A stretch of DNA of 64,000 nucleotides from Eledone cirrhosa (lineage: Eukaryota): positions 374,170,001 to 374,234,000 of the forward strand of contig OZ024742.1 in NCBI GenBank assembly GCA_964016885.1, read 5' to 3'. How positions within the stretch are numbered: position 1 is the first letter of the stretch; each line of letters starts with the position of its first letter. The notes beneath the pieces are model-generated. The model searched no databases. It saw nothing but the letters and a program-made list of their open reading frames with translations, and was not told where the DNA came from. This document shows positions 50,900-63,058 of the stretch, piece by piece. Position numbers and translations under genes: made by a program.

Positions 50900-53253
50900 G
50901 GATTATGTCAAAAACTAAACCTCATTTGATCATTCCATGAGGAACCTCTAGGCGACTCTGATCATGCTATGATCATTGCCAATCTGGCTCTTGCGGGCAG
51001 CAACAAAAACAAGAACCATCTCCAATCTGCTTGCTTTGATTAGAAGAAAGCAGATTGGAACTTGTACTACACTGAGCTACAGCGCCCAAACTGGCATGAG
51101 TTCTATAACTCTGGAGATGTGAACACTATACTCCAGAGCATGCTGGACTCAACATGGATAGTGTGTGCAGCATCAGTGCCACGTAAGCAGAAAAAACCCC
51201 ACCCCAAAAGTGCAATTTGGGAAACTTTAGCGGTCCAACTTGCCAGGAAAGAACGTTGGAATGCTGAACGGGAATATAAACTGCATAAATCAGATGCCAA
51301 CAGAAAAAAGCGGAATAAATCTTCCAACCATCTCAAGCAAGTGACAAAAAAGCAGTGCTTGAATTTGAACAGTGCATAGCAACCAATCCTGACAGTAAGG
51401 TCTTCTGGAAATATGTACATTCAAAGCAGAGACCTCACTCTCCAGTTGGTCCTCTTCGCAATCCCCACACAAGCCAGATCACTGACGATCCCAAACAATG
51501 CACAGAACACATTGCTGAGTGCTATGCAAGCATTTTTACTGTTTAAAACCAGAATGTACCATCTCCACCATCTCTAACATCAAATTCCATAACAACTATG
51601 GAATTTACACCTGCAATGCTGTGATGTCACCTTAAGAATAAGCACAACTATGCCTCCCCTGGTCTTGATGGTGTGACATACCTGCTTCTCAAACGTGGCG
51701 GGTATTTCCTTTTGCACCAGCTTTCTTTCTTCTTTCAATACTGTCTCAACAATGGTGCTACTCCGGAACAGTGGAAAACTGCCAGTGTCATTCCCCTGTT
51801 CAAAAAGGGCGACCGCACGTCACCTGTCAACTATTGTCCAGTCAGTCTTACTAGCTGTATTGCCAAACTGATGGAATCCTGTGTCAGAGAAACACTTTAC
51901 TTCTGGAGCTCTCACAGCCTCATCCGGCCCTCGCCTAGGATTTATCCCTAACTCCAGCTGCTGTGATCAGCTTATCGAGTTCCTTGAAGACATTACCCGG
52001 ATCACTGACAGCGGCTCATGGGTGGATGTTGTTTACCTTGACTTCGCTAAGGCTTTTAATTCTGTGCCACACAAAAGAATTATGGCGAAACTCTCTGCAA
52101 TGGGTGTGAAGGATGATCTTTTTAACTGGTTGAAATCCTTCATTCTCAGCCGAAAAGAGGTAGTCACGGTTCTAGGACAGCATTCTTCACCATATGAGAT
52201 GTCATCTGGTGTACCACAAGGATCTGTTCTTGGTCCCCTTTTGTTTGTTGTATACATTAATGACATAGATGCCAACTTAAAGAATGCCACAGTACTGAAA
52301 TATGCAGATGACATCAAGCTGTACCTTGAAATCAAAAGGACAGATCCTGAAACCTACAATCAGACCTGGACACAATGCAGCAATGGATCACAGACTGGCA
52401 ACTGAAGCTGGCTGTGGACAAGTGTACCACCATGCATTTTGGAAGGAAAAATCCAGCGTCCACATACTCCCTCCACAACACTGATATCAAGAAGTCCTCT
52501 TGTGAACGTGACCTGGGCATTATGGTCAGCAGCGATTTGCGTTGGACAAAGCACATCTCTAAAATTGTCAAGAAGGCCGAGGGTGTCTTGGCATCACTCA
52601 GCAAGACCTTTGTTAGCCGCTCTCCAGCCATCTATTTAAAGCAGTATACAGCTATGGTACGACCACAATTGGAATTTGCATCATCAGTCTGGAACCTCTA
52701 TCTTGCTCAGAACATTGACCTCCTGGAAACTGTTCAGAGACGTGCAACCAAGCGCATACCCTCCATCAGACACCTACCATACTCTGAACGCCTTGCTTCC
52801 CTGGACATGGATTCATTGAAGCTCCGACGTCTGGCAATGGACTTGGTAAACACCCACAAAGTTATTAACCATCTCGCCAACAACAACCCTGAGCACCTTT
52901 TTGATCTCCATGTGTCTAACACACGTGGACATGCCTACAAAGACAGAAAACAGCACAGCTCCCATGACTTTCGGAAACTTTTTTTCACGCTTAGAGTTGC
53001 TGAAGCATGGAAAAAACTTCCTGCATCAGTTGTTAGCTGCCGAGACACTGCATCCTTTAAAACCCTCATGCTTCCCAAAATTCGCCAATACTACACCTGA
53101 TGTCCCTCTTCCATACACATGCACACATGTGTATATCATGACTCATGCACTGTTCATTTTCCTGACGTTTGTAAATTACCCTATGTACTATACATACACT
53201 TTTGATGAGTTGTAGTGCACCTGAACACTGTACACAATATTTTCATTATTATT
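50900..53253 (+). pseudogene. CR1/L2-group LINE, 5'-truncated, disrupted ORF2 with 3' UTR and (ATT)n tail
   Basis: EEPLGDSDHAMI (end of APE, ~50938), WKTASVIPLFKKG, NYCPVSLTS, VDVVYLDFAKAF, GVPQGSVLGPLLF, YADD, YSERL...LRR, TRGH, FFTLRV..W..LP; tail gagttgtagtgcacctga...cattattatta. Confidence 0.93.
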
Positions 53254-53354
53254 ATATCTTAGTCAGCCTATGAACTTTTCAGCCGACCTCGTATGAGTTA
53301 CATTTACACAGATAAAAACATTTTAAGAGTAGTCTCCCTTTATACAATAATCTA

Positions 53355-53586
53355 TTAACCCTTTAACATTTAAACTGGTTGTATCTGGCCAGAATTCTCT
53401 CAACTCTTTCTGCAGAAACTGGTCATAACCGGTCGTTCAAACTAATATTAAAGCATTGTTCTCAAAATAAATAACTTTAAAATCTTATAGATTCGATATT
53501 ATGTAAGATAATTATGTAAGATAAAGCCTTTACCATGAAAATAAAATAGTATATATATAGAGTAATGTAAATAAGTAAAGGGTTAA
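53355..53586. mobile_element. piggyBac-type MITE
   Basis: TTAA-CCCTTTAACATTTA ... TAAATAAGTAAAGGG-TTAA; homologous to 43214-43441. A right-end remnant also lies near 45273-45299. Confidence 0.78.
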
Positions 53587-53920
53587 TTTTATGATTACGT
53601 GATTTGAAGGAAATTTGCCTGCTATTTCTAGTAGGCATAGTAACCACGTTCTCCCGCTGGCCAGTGATATTTTTCTTCTTGAGATATGGTGTTTAAATTT
53701 GATTTATTTCCTTTACCATGAAATACTGTTATTTTCTTTACCACGAAATTTCCTTTACCACGAAATGCAGTTACTACGTTTTGAAGTGAATTTGAGAGAA
53801 AGAAAAAAAGAAAAGAAAAAAACCCATCAATTCACCACCAAGTGCGACAATCACACACTACACCACAACGATCAACGGAATATCTTGAGACAAACCAATA
53901 CGTTCGTAGCATTAACGCGA

Positions 53921-54066
53921 GTGATGGCGAGTCTGAGGCGCTGAAACAACCAAGCACCCTCACCAGGAGTTCACCTGATACCTCGGTAAGGCCTGGTGAT
54001 GGCGCGGCTAAGACGCTGAAATAACCAAGCACCCTCACGGGCATCATCTCACACCTCAGTAAGGCG
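53921..54066. repeat. Two diverged ~75-bp direct repeats
   Basis: gtgatggcg...cgctgaaa(c/t)aaccaagcaccctcac...acctc(g/a)gtaaggc at 53921 and 53996. Confidence 0.85.
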
Positions 54067-54474
54067 AGCTGTTAACGATGACAAGAACTTCACTGTCAGT
54101 GACCCAACTCCACCAAACTTTTCGAAAATCACGGGCTGGAAAAAATAATTATTTGATATTTCCCTGTATTTTAGGATCTTATTTAACGTAAGCAGTGACC
54201 CCAACATTTATCGCGGCGTCCATGATGTGAAAGGAAGCAAAAGAATCACTGACTGTGACGTCACAGATGAGACACCTATCTCTCACCCAGAGACAAAGGG
54301 TAAGGCCGTCTGGTCTCTTCCCACCACTTCTGGATAAACCAGCTCCACAACTGAAGGGTTATTTACCGTTTTTGTTTTTTGTTTTTTCCTGTTTTGATTC
54401 TATACTTTGGTGCGTTGTATTTGTAAGGTTTCCTAGCAATAATTGATTGTATTTATGGTGTTAGATTGGAGGGT

Positions 54475-54940
54475 GGTGGATTGGCAGTATCGGCAGAGCG
54501 TCGGACACCGTGCTTTGCAGCATAGAGTTACGCCCCTTTATGATCTAAGTTCAAATCTCGCCGAAGTTAACTTTGCCTTTCATCCTTATGGGGTCGATAA
54601 AATAAAGTACCAGTAATGCACTGGGTCGATTTAATCCCCTCCCCCAAAATTGCTGGCCTTGTGCCTAAAGTAGAAATTATGGTGGATTGGCGGTATTAGT
54701 AGTGAGTTGAACAACAGGCTTCGCAGAATAGAGTTACGGCCCTTTATGTTCTGAGTCCAATTCCCGCTGAGGTTATTTTTGCCTTCCTTCCTTACGAGTT
54801 GTAGTGCACCTGAGCACTGTACACAATAATTTCATTATTATTATTATTAAAATAAAGCGCCAGGAATGCACTGGAGTCAATTTAATCAACTTTTTCCTCC
54901 CCTCAAATTGTTGGCCTTGTGCCTAAATCAGAAACCATTA
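54475..54940 (+). mobile_element. Two tandem SINEs of the second family; the second is interrupted by a CR1-like 3' tail (54796-54848)
   Basis: Two ggtggattggc(a/g)gtat...agagttacg...ttgcctt...ggccttgtgcctaaa units, with gagttgtagtgcacctgagcactgtacacaataatttcattatta inserted in the second. Confidence 0.8.
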
Positions 54941-55937
54941 CAAGTAAACTTTGGGGAGCCAATCCCAAAACACACACATACACAATACTTATTTCCTCTG
55001 AAAGCGATGGTGTTGTAGAATTTATCCTGACTGAAGAAGCTACCTTTTTTAGCCATTAGCAAAACATCAATCTAAACCACAGAAAATTCGTTCTTGCAGA
55101 ATGTAACACTTTGAATATTCACCAGATTAATCAACAATAGAGTAAAGAATCTTACTGTGTCAATATTCTCGAATAATATATATCTGCATGATGCCAATTA
55201 AAACATTATTTCTAACAATAGTAATATGCGTCAAGTGATCAAAAAGCCTGGTTTTGATAACTGTCAAGACATCTAGCTTCTCGCATGTTTTCCTCCACGT
55301 GTTGGAGTGGCTCTTTCAATGCAGCTCCTTCCTTATCCTCCAGGGTATTACTTTCTGTATTTTGTCCGCTGGAACCGCGAGGCAGCATATACATGATGTA
55401 GAGCGGACGGGCGAAGTGGGAAAGGCATGGCGACCTTACATCGACTGGTTCGTGCTGTTATCATTGTCCACTACATTAAAAGAAGGTCTTCTTTTAAAAA
55501 TCTCAAACGTCGAAGTTGATCTTAACGGGATTTGAACTGAGAGAGCAGAGAGCCGGAATGCATACTGCAGAGAACTTTACCGTCCTCCTAACGATTCTGC
55601 CTATTTGCTACCTACACATTAACATACAGACGATAACATTTGTGGCATACCAGGGAGCTAACTTTGGCGACCCCGTCTCATACAGAGTTAGCGTTAGGGT
55701 CGTACACCCAGATCCCTTCTTATACGGTCGTAGACTCCGTCACAACCCCTACCTCAAACGTCATCTTTTACAATGCCCATTAATATCAATGCACCACCAA
55801 ACTGTGTTCCCAGTGTCAGCACAAATCGTTATTTGGCTATTTTAGTTGTCTTTTACTGTAGTCTTTGGTCGACCATGATTTTGGAATGAATTTGTTAGAC
55901 GGAAACTGTGCCAAGTCCATACGTTTATGTGTATAAT

Positions 55938-56510
55938 AATAATTGTTTCTACATTTGGCACAAGGCCAGCAATTACCTAGTTTATTACTGGTACTTTATT
56001 TTATCGACCCCGTAAGGATGAAAGGCAAAGTTAACCTCGGCGGGATTTGAACTCGGATCGTAAAGGGACGTAACTACGCTGGAAAGCATGTCTGACCCTC
56101 TACCGATACTGCCAATTCACTGCCCTTTAATAATAATTGTTTTTACTTTTGGCACAAGGCCAGCAATTATCCCAGTGTATTACTGGTACTTTATTTTATC
56201 GACCCCATTATTGTGTAGTGTTCAGGTGCACTACAACTCATCAAAGGTGCATGTATAGAACATAGAATAATTGTTTCGACTTTTCGCACAAGGCCAGCAA
56301 TTATTCCAGTGCATAACTGGTACTTTACTTTATTGTACATAGAATAATGTACACATGTCGTCATAATACACACACACACACACACACACAGGCACACAGG
56401 AACGCACGCACACCAACACACACACATGTATGCGTGTGTGTGGAGGGGAATACCAGGTATAGTGTTGGTGAATTTCAGGAAACATGCAAGTTTTGAAGGA
56501 TGCAGTGTCA
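55938..56510 (-). mobile_element. Mosaic of second-family SINE pieces and CR1-like 3' end pieces
   Basis: SINE at 55938-56127, SINE tails at 56130-56205 and 56264-56333, CR1 tail at 56207-56260, and CR1 ORF end/3' UTR at 56335-56510 with an internal (CA)n tract. Confidence 0.78.
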
Positions 56511-56511
56511 A

Positions 56512-56921
56512 CTATACGTGTTGATCTCCATATTTATGACTTTCAGAAATATATTTTCATACTCAGAGTTGTTGAAGCATGAAACAAACAGTTGTTAGTT
56601 GTCGGGACACTGTGTGTATCATGACACATACTGTTCACTTTACTGACATTTCGACATTATTCTATGTACTATACATGCACTTTTGATGAGTTGTAGTGCA
56701 CCTGAGCACTGTACACAATAATTTTCAGTGGATTGGCAGTATCAGTAGAGGGGTGGACGCCATGCTTTGCATCATAGAGTTACGGCCCTTTATGATGTGA
56801 GTTCAAATCCCGCCGAGGTTAACTTTGCCTTTCATCCTTACGGGAGTCGATAAAATAAAGTACCAGTAATACACTGGTTATTATATGCTGGCCTTGTGCC
56901 AAAAGTAGAAACATTTATTAT
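56512..56921 (+). mobile_element. CR1-like 3' end followed by a second-family SINE
   Basis: 56535-56727 aligns to 52963-53245 with an internal deletion; 56728-56921 is a SINE with GAGTTCAAATCCC. Confidence 0.8.
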
Positions 56922-57010
56922 CAAACACATAAACGTATGGACTTTGCTGTTTCACCCTATCACTTTCTTAGAAAAACTTCTCAAGTGCAACTAACTGTTG
57001 TCTAAAGTGA

Positions 57011-57733
57011 AAGTAGTAGTAGTAGTAGTGGTGGTGGTGGTGGTGTTAGTAGTAGTGGTGGTGGTGGTGGTGGTGTTAGTAGTAGTGGTGGTGGTGGTGG
57101 TGGTGTTAGTAGTAGTGGTGGTGGTGGTGGTGGTGTTAGTAGTAGTGGTGGTGGTGGTGGTGGTGTTAGTAGTAGTAGTGGTGGTGGTGGTGTTAGTAGT
57201 GGTGGTGGTGGTGTTAGTAGTAGTGGTGGTGGTGGTGGTGGTGTTAGTAGTAGTAGTGGTGGTGGTGGTGGTGTTAGTAGTAGTGGTGGTGGTGGTGGTG
57301 GTGTTAGTAGTAGTGGTGGTGGTGGTGGTGGTGTTAGTAGTAGTGGTGGTGGTGGTGGTGTTAGTAGTAGTAGTGGTGGTGGTGGTGGTGGTGTTAGTAG
57401 TAGTGGTGGTGGTGGTGGTGGTGTTAGTAGTAGTGGTGGTGGTGGTGGTGTTAGTAGTAGTGGTGGTGGTGGTGGTGGTGTTAGTAGTAGTGGTGGTGGT
57501 GGTGGTGGTGTTAGTAGTAGTGGTGGTGGTGGTGGTGGTGTTAGTAGTAGTAGTAGTGGTGGTGGTGGTGTTAGTAGTAGTAGTGGTGGTGGTGGTGGTG
57601 TTAGTAGTAGTGGTGGTGGTGGTGGTGGTGTTAGTAGTAGTGGTGGTGGTGGTGGTGGTGTTAGTAGTAGTGGTGGTGGTGTTAGTAGTAGTGGTGGTGG
57701 TGGTGTTAGTAGTAGTAGTGGTGGTGGTGGTGT

Positions 57734-57764
<31 letters not shown>

Positions 57765-58100
57765 GGTGGTGGTGGTGTTAGTAGTAGTAGTGGTGGTGGT
57801 GGTGGTGTTAGTAGTAGTGGTGGTGGTGGTGGTGGTGTTAGTAGTAGTGGTGGTGGTGGTGGTGGTGTTAGTAGTAGTGGTGGTGGTGGTGGTGGTGTTA
57901 GTAGTAGTAGTGGTGGTGGTAGTGGTAGTAGTAGTGGTGGTAGTGGTGGTGGTGGTGGTGGTAGTAGTGGTAGTAGTAGTAGTAGTAATAGTGGCAGTAG
58001 TAGTAGTAGCAGCAGCAGTAGTAGTAGTAGCAGTAGTAGTAGTAGTAGTAGCAATAGTAGTAGTGGCAGTAGTAGTAGCAGCAGCAGCAGTAGTGGTAGT
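57011..58100. repeat. Compound trinucleotide array, ~30-bp unit TTA(GTA)2(GTG)7, decaying into (GTA/GCA)n
   Basis: Lines 57481-57660 show a 30-bp register; unit length varies by triplets elsewhere. Confidence 0.97.
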
Positions 58101-58542
58101 ATCAGTCTGTTTCTACACTTGACAGTAACAGTGGTAGTAGTTGAAGATATTTATTATGGAACAAGTTGATTCTAAAAGTAAGTTTTAAATTATTTCTTGC
58201 TCCTTTGTTATGTCTATCTCATTCTGTCTTTAAAGGATATCATGGTCATCATATATAGATATTTCTTTTAAATGGAACAGTTCTAGTCCTGTAAAAGCCA
58301 TTTCTATCTAAATATATATATGTGTGTGTGTATTACTACATCCTCGTGTGTGTGTGTGTATATATATCTGTGTGTGTAATTTAACAAAACAAGTGTATTA
58401 AATATTAAGAGATTCATGAATTTAGAATTGTTTACTAAAGGCCTGGATAAGGTCATCATGATGTACAGGACACTAAAAATATGATATAATTAACAGAGGG
58501 GTACCTAAAAACATCTGACTGATAACATGACAAGTCAGTCAA

Positions 58543-58758
58543 TCATATCGGTGGCCTACCCACAGCTCCGGCGGACAGAATGGAGAAGGCGTTTCCCCGG
58601 AGGACGGCAAGGGAGACGCGCTGGAAAAGCCACGCCAGCTCGCGAGGCTCACACTTGCGGCTGGCCAGCTCAGCGCCTCTGGTGATGAGTAGGAAGGTAT
58701 CCCTAGGGCAGAGGACACCAGAAGTCTCCACAGCCAATGGTACAACCGCAAACCTGTC
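58543..58758 (-). pseudogene. CRE-clade non-LTR retrotransposon C-terminal fragment (end of the restriction-like endonuclease)
   Basis: Translation FAVVPLAVETSGV...WLFQRVSLAVLRGNAFSIL matches the recalled CRE-type P.AVET.G ... LFQR.S.A..RGNA motif. Confidence 0.8.
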
Positions 58759-58831
58759 TCTGTGTGTATATACACAGACCTGTCAACTCTCCCCGTTCAA
58801 CAAGGAGATCTCCCAACCCACTTTCCGGAAA

Positions 58832-59333
58832 GTTATCAATGTAGAAAACAAGTCATTTTCACCAACAGTGGAGTTAACTTAAATGAAAATATAGGTGGCC
58901 CTTAAAAGGGCCAAATTAGAAAACAAATTTATGGTTATCAAATTTTTTTCACCAACCCTTTATGAAGAAATGTTTAGAAAACAAATTTTTTTCACCAACC
59001 TTATTCAAAAGCATGGATACAGTCCACATGGAGACAAGAGACAGTCCCATGGAGATTGATGGTATCTGCTGTAGTAGCGGTAGCGATGGAAAGATCGCGA
59101 TGGTTAATTCCATTAACAATTTGGCCCTTTTAAGTGCCACCTATATTTTCATTTAAGTTAACTCCACTGTTGGTGAAAATGACTTGTTTTCTACATTGAT
59201 AACCATGACTATGAAAATATAAATGATTAAATCCAATTTATTTGATAACCATGACTTTTCTAATTAACTTAAATTTGTTTTCTAACTTGGCCCTTTTAAG
59301 GGCCACCTATATTTTCATTTAAGTAACTCCACT
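58832..59333. repeat. Foldback: 86-bp inverted arms with a third partial arm
   Basis: 58832-58917 is the reverse complement of 59118-59203 (one mismatch seen); 59273-59333 is a further reverse copy of about 58868-58930. Confidence 0.9.
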
Positions 59334-59459
59334 TACATCTATATGTTTTAATAAAAAAAAATTTATTTTTTTTAAACGCGTGAAAAAAAAATTTTTTTTT
59401 CATGTAAGTAACTCCACTTACGCGTGGTAGTAATACGGAAATAAACGATGTTTTGCTTT

Positions 59460-60335
59460 CATCGGCTGCTTCGACTGTAGTGCCGATATATCTTCAGGCA
59501 CTTACAGCCCTCCGCCAATCGGGCAATATGATCGATGGAAACTCCACCATAGCGTTCTAGTAGTGTGTTAGTGGCGGATGAAGCGACGACGGTCTTGGGG
59601 AAACTGTAGACATTGACGAATATCAACTAGTCACTCTGTTCGAGAGGACTTTGGATAATTTCTAATAACACTGACCTGGCAGTGTTACCGAGGAGCTTTG
59701 CCAGTTCAAGATAAACTCTACAAGCATGGAAGTGCCGTCAGCCAGGCCTGTCCGAGATACGCGCAGGGCGACGAAACCGTCCTGCATACAGACGTCCAGT
59801 GCCCGAACATTGTTCACTTGTGCATTTATGTTGAACACCTGCTGTCGCATTTAGGACAAATCCGGATATCAGCCAGAGTCCATTGTGAAGATTGTCCCGT
59901 CGCCTTCTTTTAGTCAAGAAGGGCAGGCTATTTTTATCTGTCTTGTGGCCATGGCGAAAAACATTGTATGGTGGACATACGTGAAAGGGGCATTTTCGTC
60001 TTTGGCGAAGCCCTGATTAACCTCTTCAGGTTTCACTTGAAAATGAAAATGAGGGTGGAAAGGGAAGTGCTGCTTCAAAGCAGTTTGTTGAAAGGTGGGT
60101 GAGAGAGGTGAGCATGGCCACAGTGAATGGGCATGCTCTGAGTATGTACCTGTAGACTGGAGTACAATTGGGACAGGGCACTTACCTTAGAGGTCAGGGC
60201 ACCTGCGGTTTTATGGGGTCTTTCGCACGAGTGACCCTCGAATGTCCCCTTACCCCCGCCCATTCAGAAGCCTCTTTTGTTTTATTTCTATTGTTATCGT
60301 TTTTTAACATAGTTAAAATTAGTTTACATGCAAAA
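59460..60335 (+). pseudogene. Tx1/L1-clade LINE 3' fragment with zf-RVT-like region and T-rich 3' UTR
   Basis: LTWQCYRGALPVQDKLYKHG...ACPRYAQGDETVLHTDVQCP (decayed CCHC knuckle), then AMAKNIVWW and FVERWV-like C-terminal motifs. Confidence 0.8.
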
Positions 60336-60336
60336 C

Positions 60337-63058
60337 CTACCACCACCAACACACACACACATCACCACCAACACACACACACCAACACACACACACACAC
60401 ACCACCAACACACACACACATCACCACCAACACACACACACATCACCACCAACACACACACACCAACACACACACACACACCACCAACACACACACACAT
60501 CACCACCAACACACACACACATCACCACCAACACACACACCAACACACACACACACACCACCAACACACACACCCACACACACACCACCAACACACACTC
60601 ACACACCACCAACACACACACATCAGCACCAACACACACACACACACACACCACCAACACACACACACATCACCACCAACACACACACACCAACACACAC
60701 ACACACACACACACACCACCAACACACACACACACCACCAACACACACACACACACACACCACCAACACACACACACACACTCACACACACCACCAACAC
60801 ACACACCAACACACACACACACACAAACACACCACCAACACACACACCAACACACACACACACCAACACACACCACCACCATCACACCAACACACACACA
60901 CACAAACACATACACACACACACACCAACACATACACACACACCAACACACACACTCACACACACACCACCAACACACACACATACACCAACACACACAC
61001 ACCAACACATACACACACCACCAACACACACACATACACACCACCAACACACACACCAACACACACACACACCACCAACACACACACACACCAACACACA
61101 CACACCAACACACCCACACACACACACCACCATCACACACCAACACACACACACCACCAACACACACACACCAACACACACACACACCACCAACACACAC
61201 ACACACCAACACACACACACCAACACACCCACACACAAACACCACCAACACACACACACCACCAACACACACACACCAACACACACACACACCAACACAC
61301 ACACCAACACACACACACACAAACACACACACCAACAAACACCACCAACACACACACACCAACACACACACACACCAACACACACACCAACACACACCAA
61401 CACCAATACACACACACATACACACCACCAACACACACACCAACACACACACACACCACCAACACACACACACCAACACACACACCAACACACACACACC
61501 ACCAACACACACACCAACACACACACCAACACACACCACCAACACACACACCAACAAACACCACCAACACACACACCAACACACACACACACACCAACAC
61601 ACACCAACACACACACACACCAACACACACACACACCAACACACACACACCAACACACCCACACACAAACACCACCAACACACACACACCACCAACACAC
61701 ACACACCAACACACACACACACCAACACACACACCAACACACACACACACCAACACACACACCAACACACACCAACACACACACACCAACACACACACAC
61801 CAACACACACACCAACACACACCAACACCAATACACACACACATACACACCACCAACACACACCAACACCAATACACACACACATACACACCACCAACAC
61901 ACACACCAACACACACACACACCACCAACACACACACACCAATACACACACACACCAACACACACACACAACACCAACACACACCAACACACACACACAC
62001 CAACACACACACACCACCAACACACACACCAACACACACACCAACACCAACACACACCAACACACACACCAACACACACACACACCAACACACACACCAA
62101 CACACACACCAACACACACACCAACACACACACCAACAAACACCACCAACACACACACCAACACACACACACACACCAACACACACCAACACACACACAC
62201 ACCAACACACACACACACCAACACACACACCAACACACACACACCACCAACACACACACCAACAAACACCACCAACACACACACCAACACACACCAACAC
62301 ACACACCAACACACACACCAACACACACACACCACCAACACACACACCAACAAACACCACCAACACACCACCAACACACATACCACCAACACACAACCAA
62401 CACACACACACCAACACACACACACACCAACACACACACCAACACACACACCAACACACACACACCACCAACACACACACCAACACACACACCAACACAC
62501 ACACACCACCAACACACACACCAACACACACACACACCACCAACACACACACACACCACCAACACACACACACACACACACACCACCATCACACACACAC
62601 ACCACCAACACACACACCAACACACACACCAACACACACCAACACCAATACACACACACATACACACCACCAACACACAACCAACACACACACACCAACA
62701 CACACACCAACACACCAACACACACACCAACACACACACACCACCAACACACACACCAACACACCAACACACACACACCACCAACACACACACCAACACA
62801 CACACACCAACACACACACCAACACACACACACCACCAACACACACACCAACACACACACCAACACACACACACCAACACACACATCACCAACACACATC
62901 ACCAACACACACGCACACCACCACCAACACACGCACACACACACACCACCAACACACACACACCAACACACACATACACACACACACCACCAACACACAC
63001 ACACACAGACACACACCACCAACACGCACACCAACACACACCAACACACACACACACA
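60337..63058. repeat. 2.7-kb complex CA/CAC microsatellite array (CACCAA(CA)n and CACCACCAA(CA)n units)
   Basis: Nearly pure A/C on the + strand; the internal marker caccaatacacacacacatacacaccacca recurs near 61401, 61826, 61867 and 62643. Confidence 0.97.

Noticed and set aside
55031-55075. CTGAAGA-AGCTA...TAGC-AAAACATC, possibly a CpG-decayed hammerhead
   Set aside because: Requires two assumed mutations and helix I does not pair; too weak to call.
55254-55515. Possible host exon
   Set aside because: No recognisable domain in the frames I translated; cannot be supported from sequence alone.
57011-58100. Telomeric repeat
   Set aside because: Contains TTAGT, not TTAGGG or TTAGG units.
56998-58122. 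Poly-Val ORF (374 aa) and antisense Pro/Leu ORF (350 aa)
   Set aside because: Translations of the GTG/GTA array.
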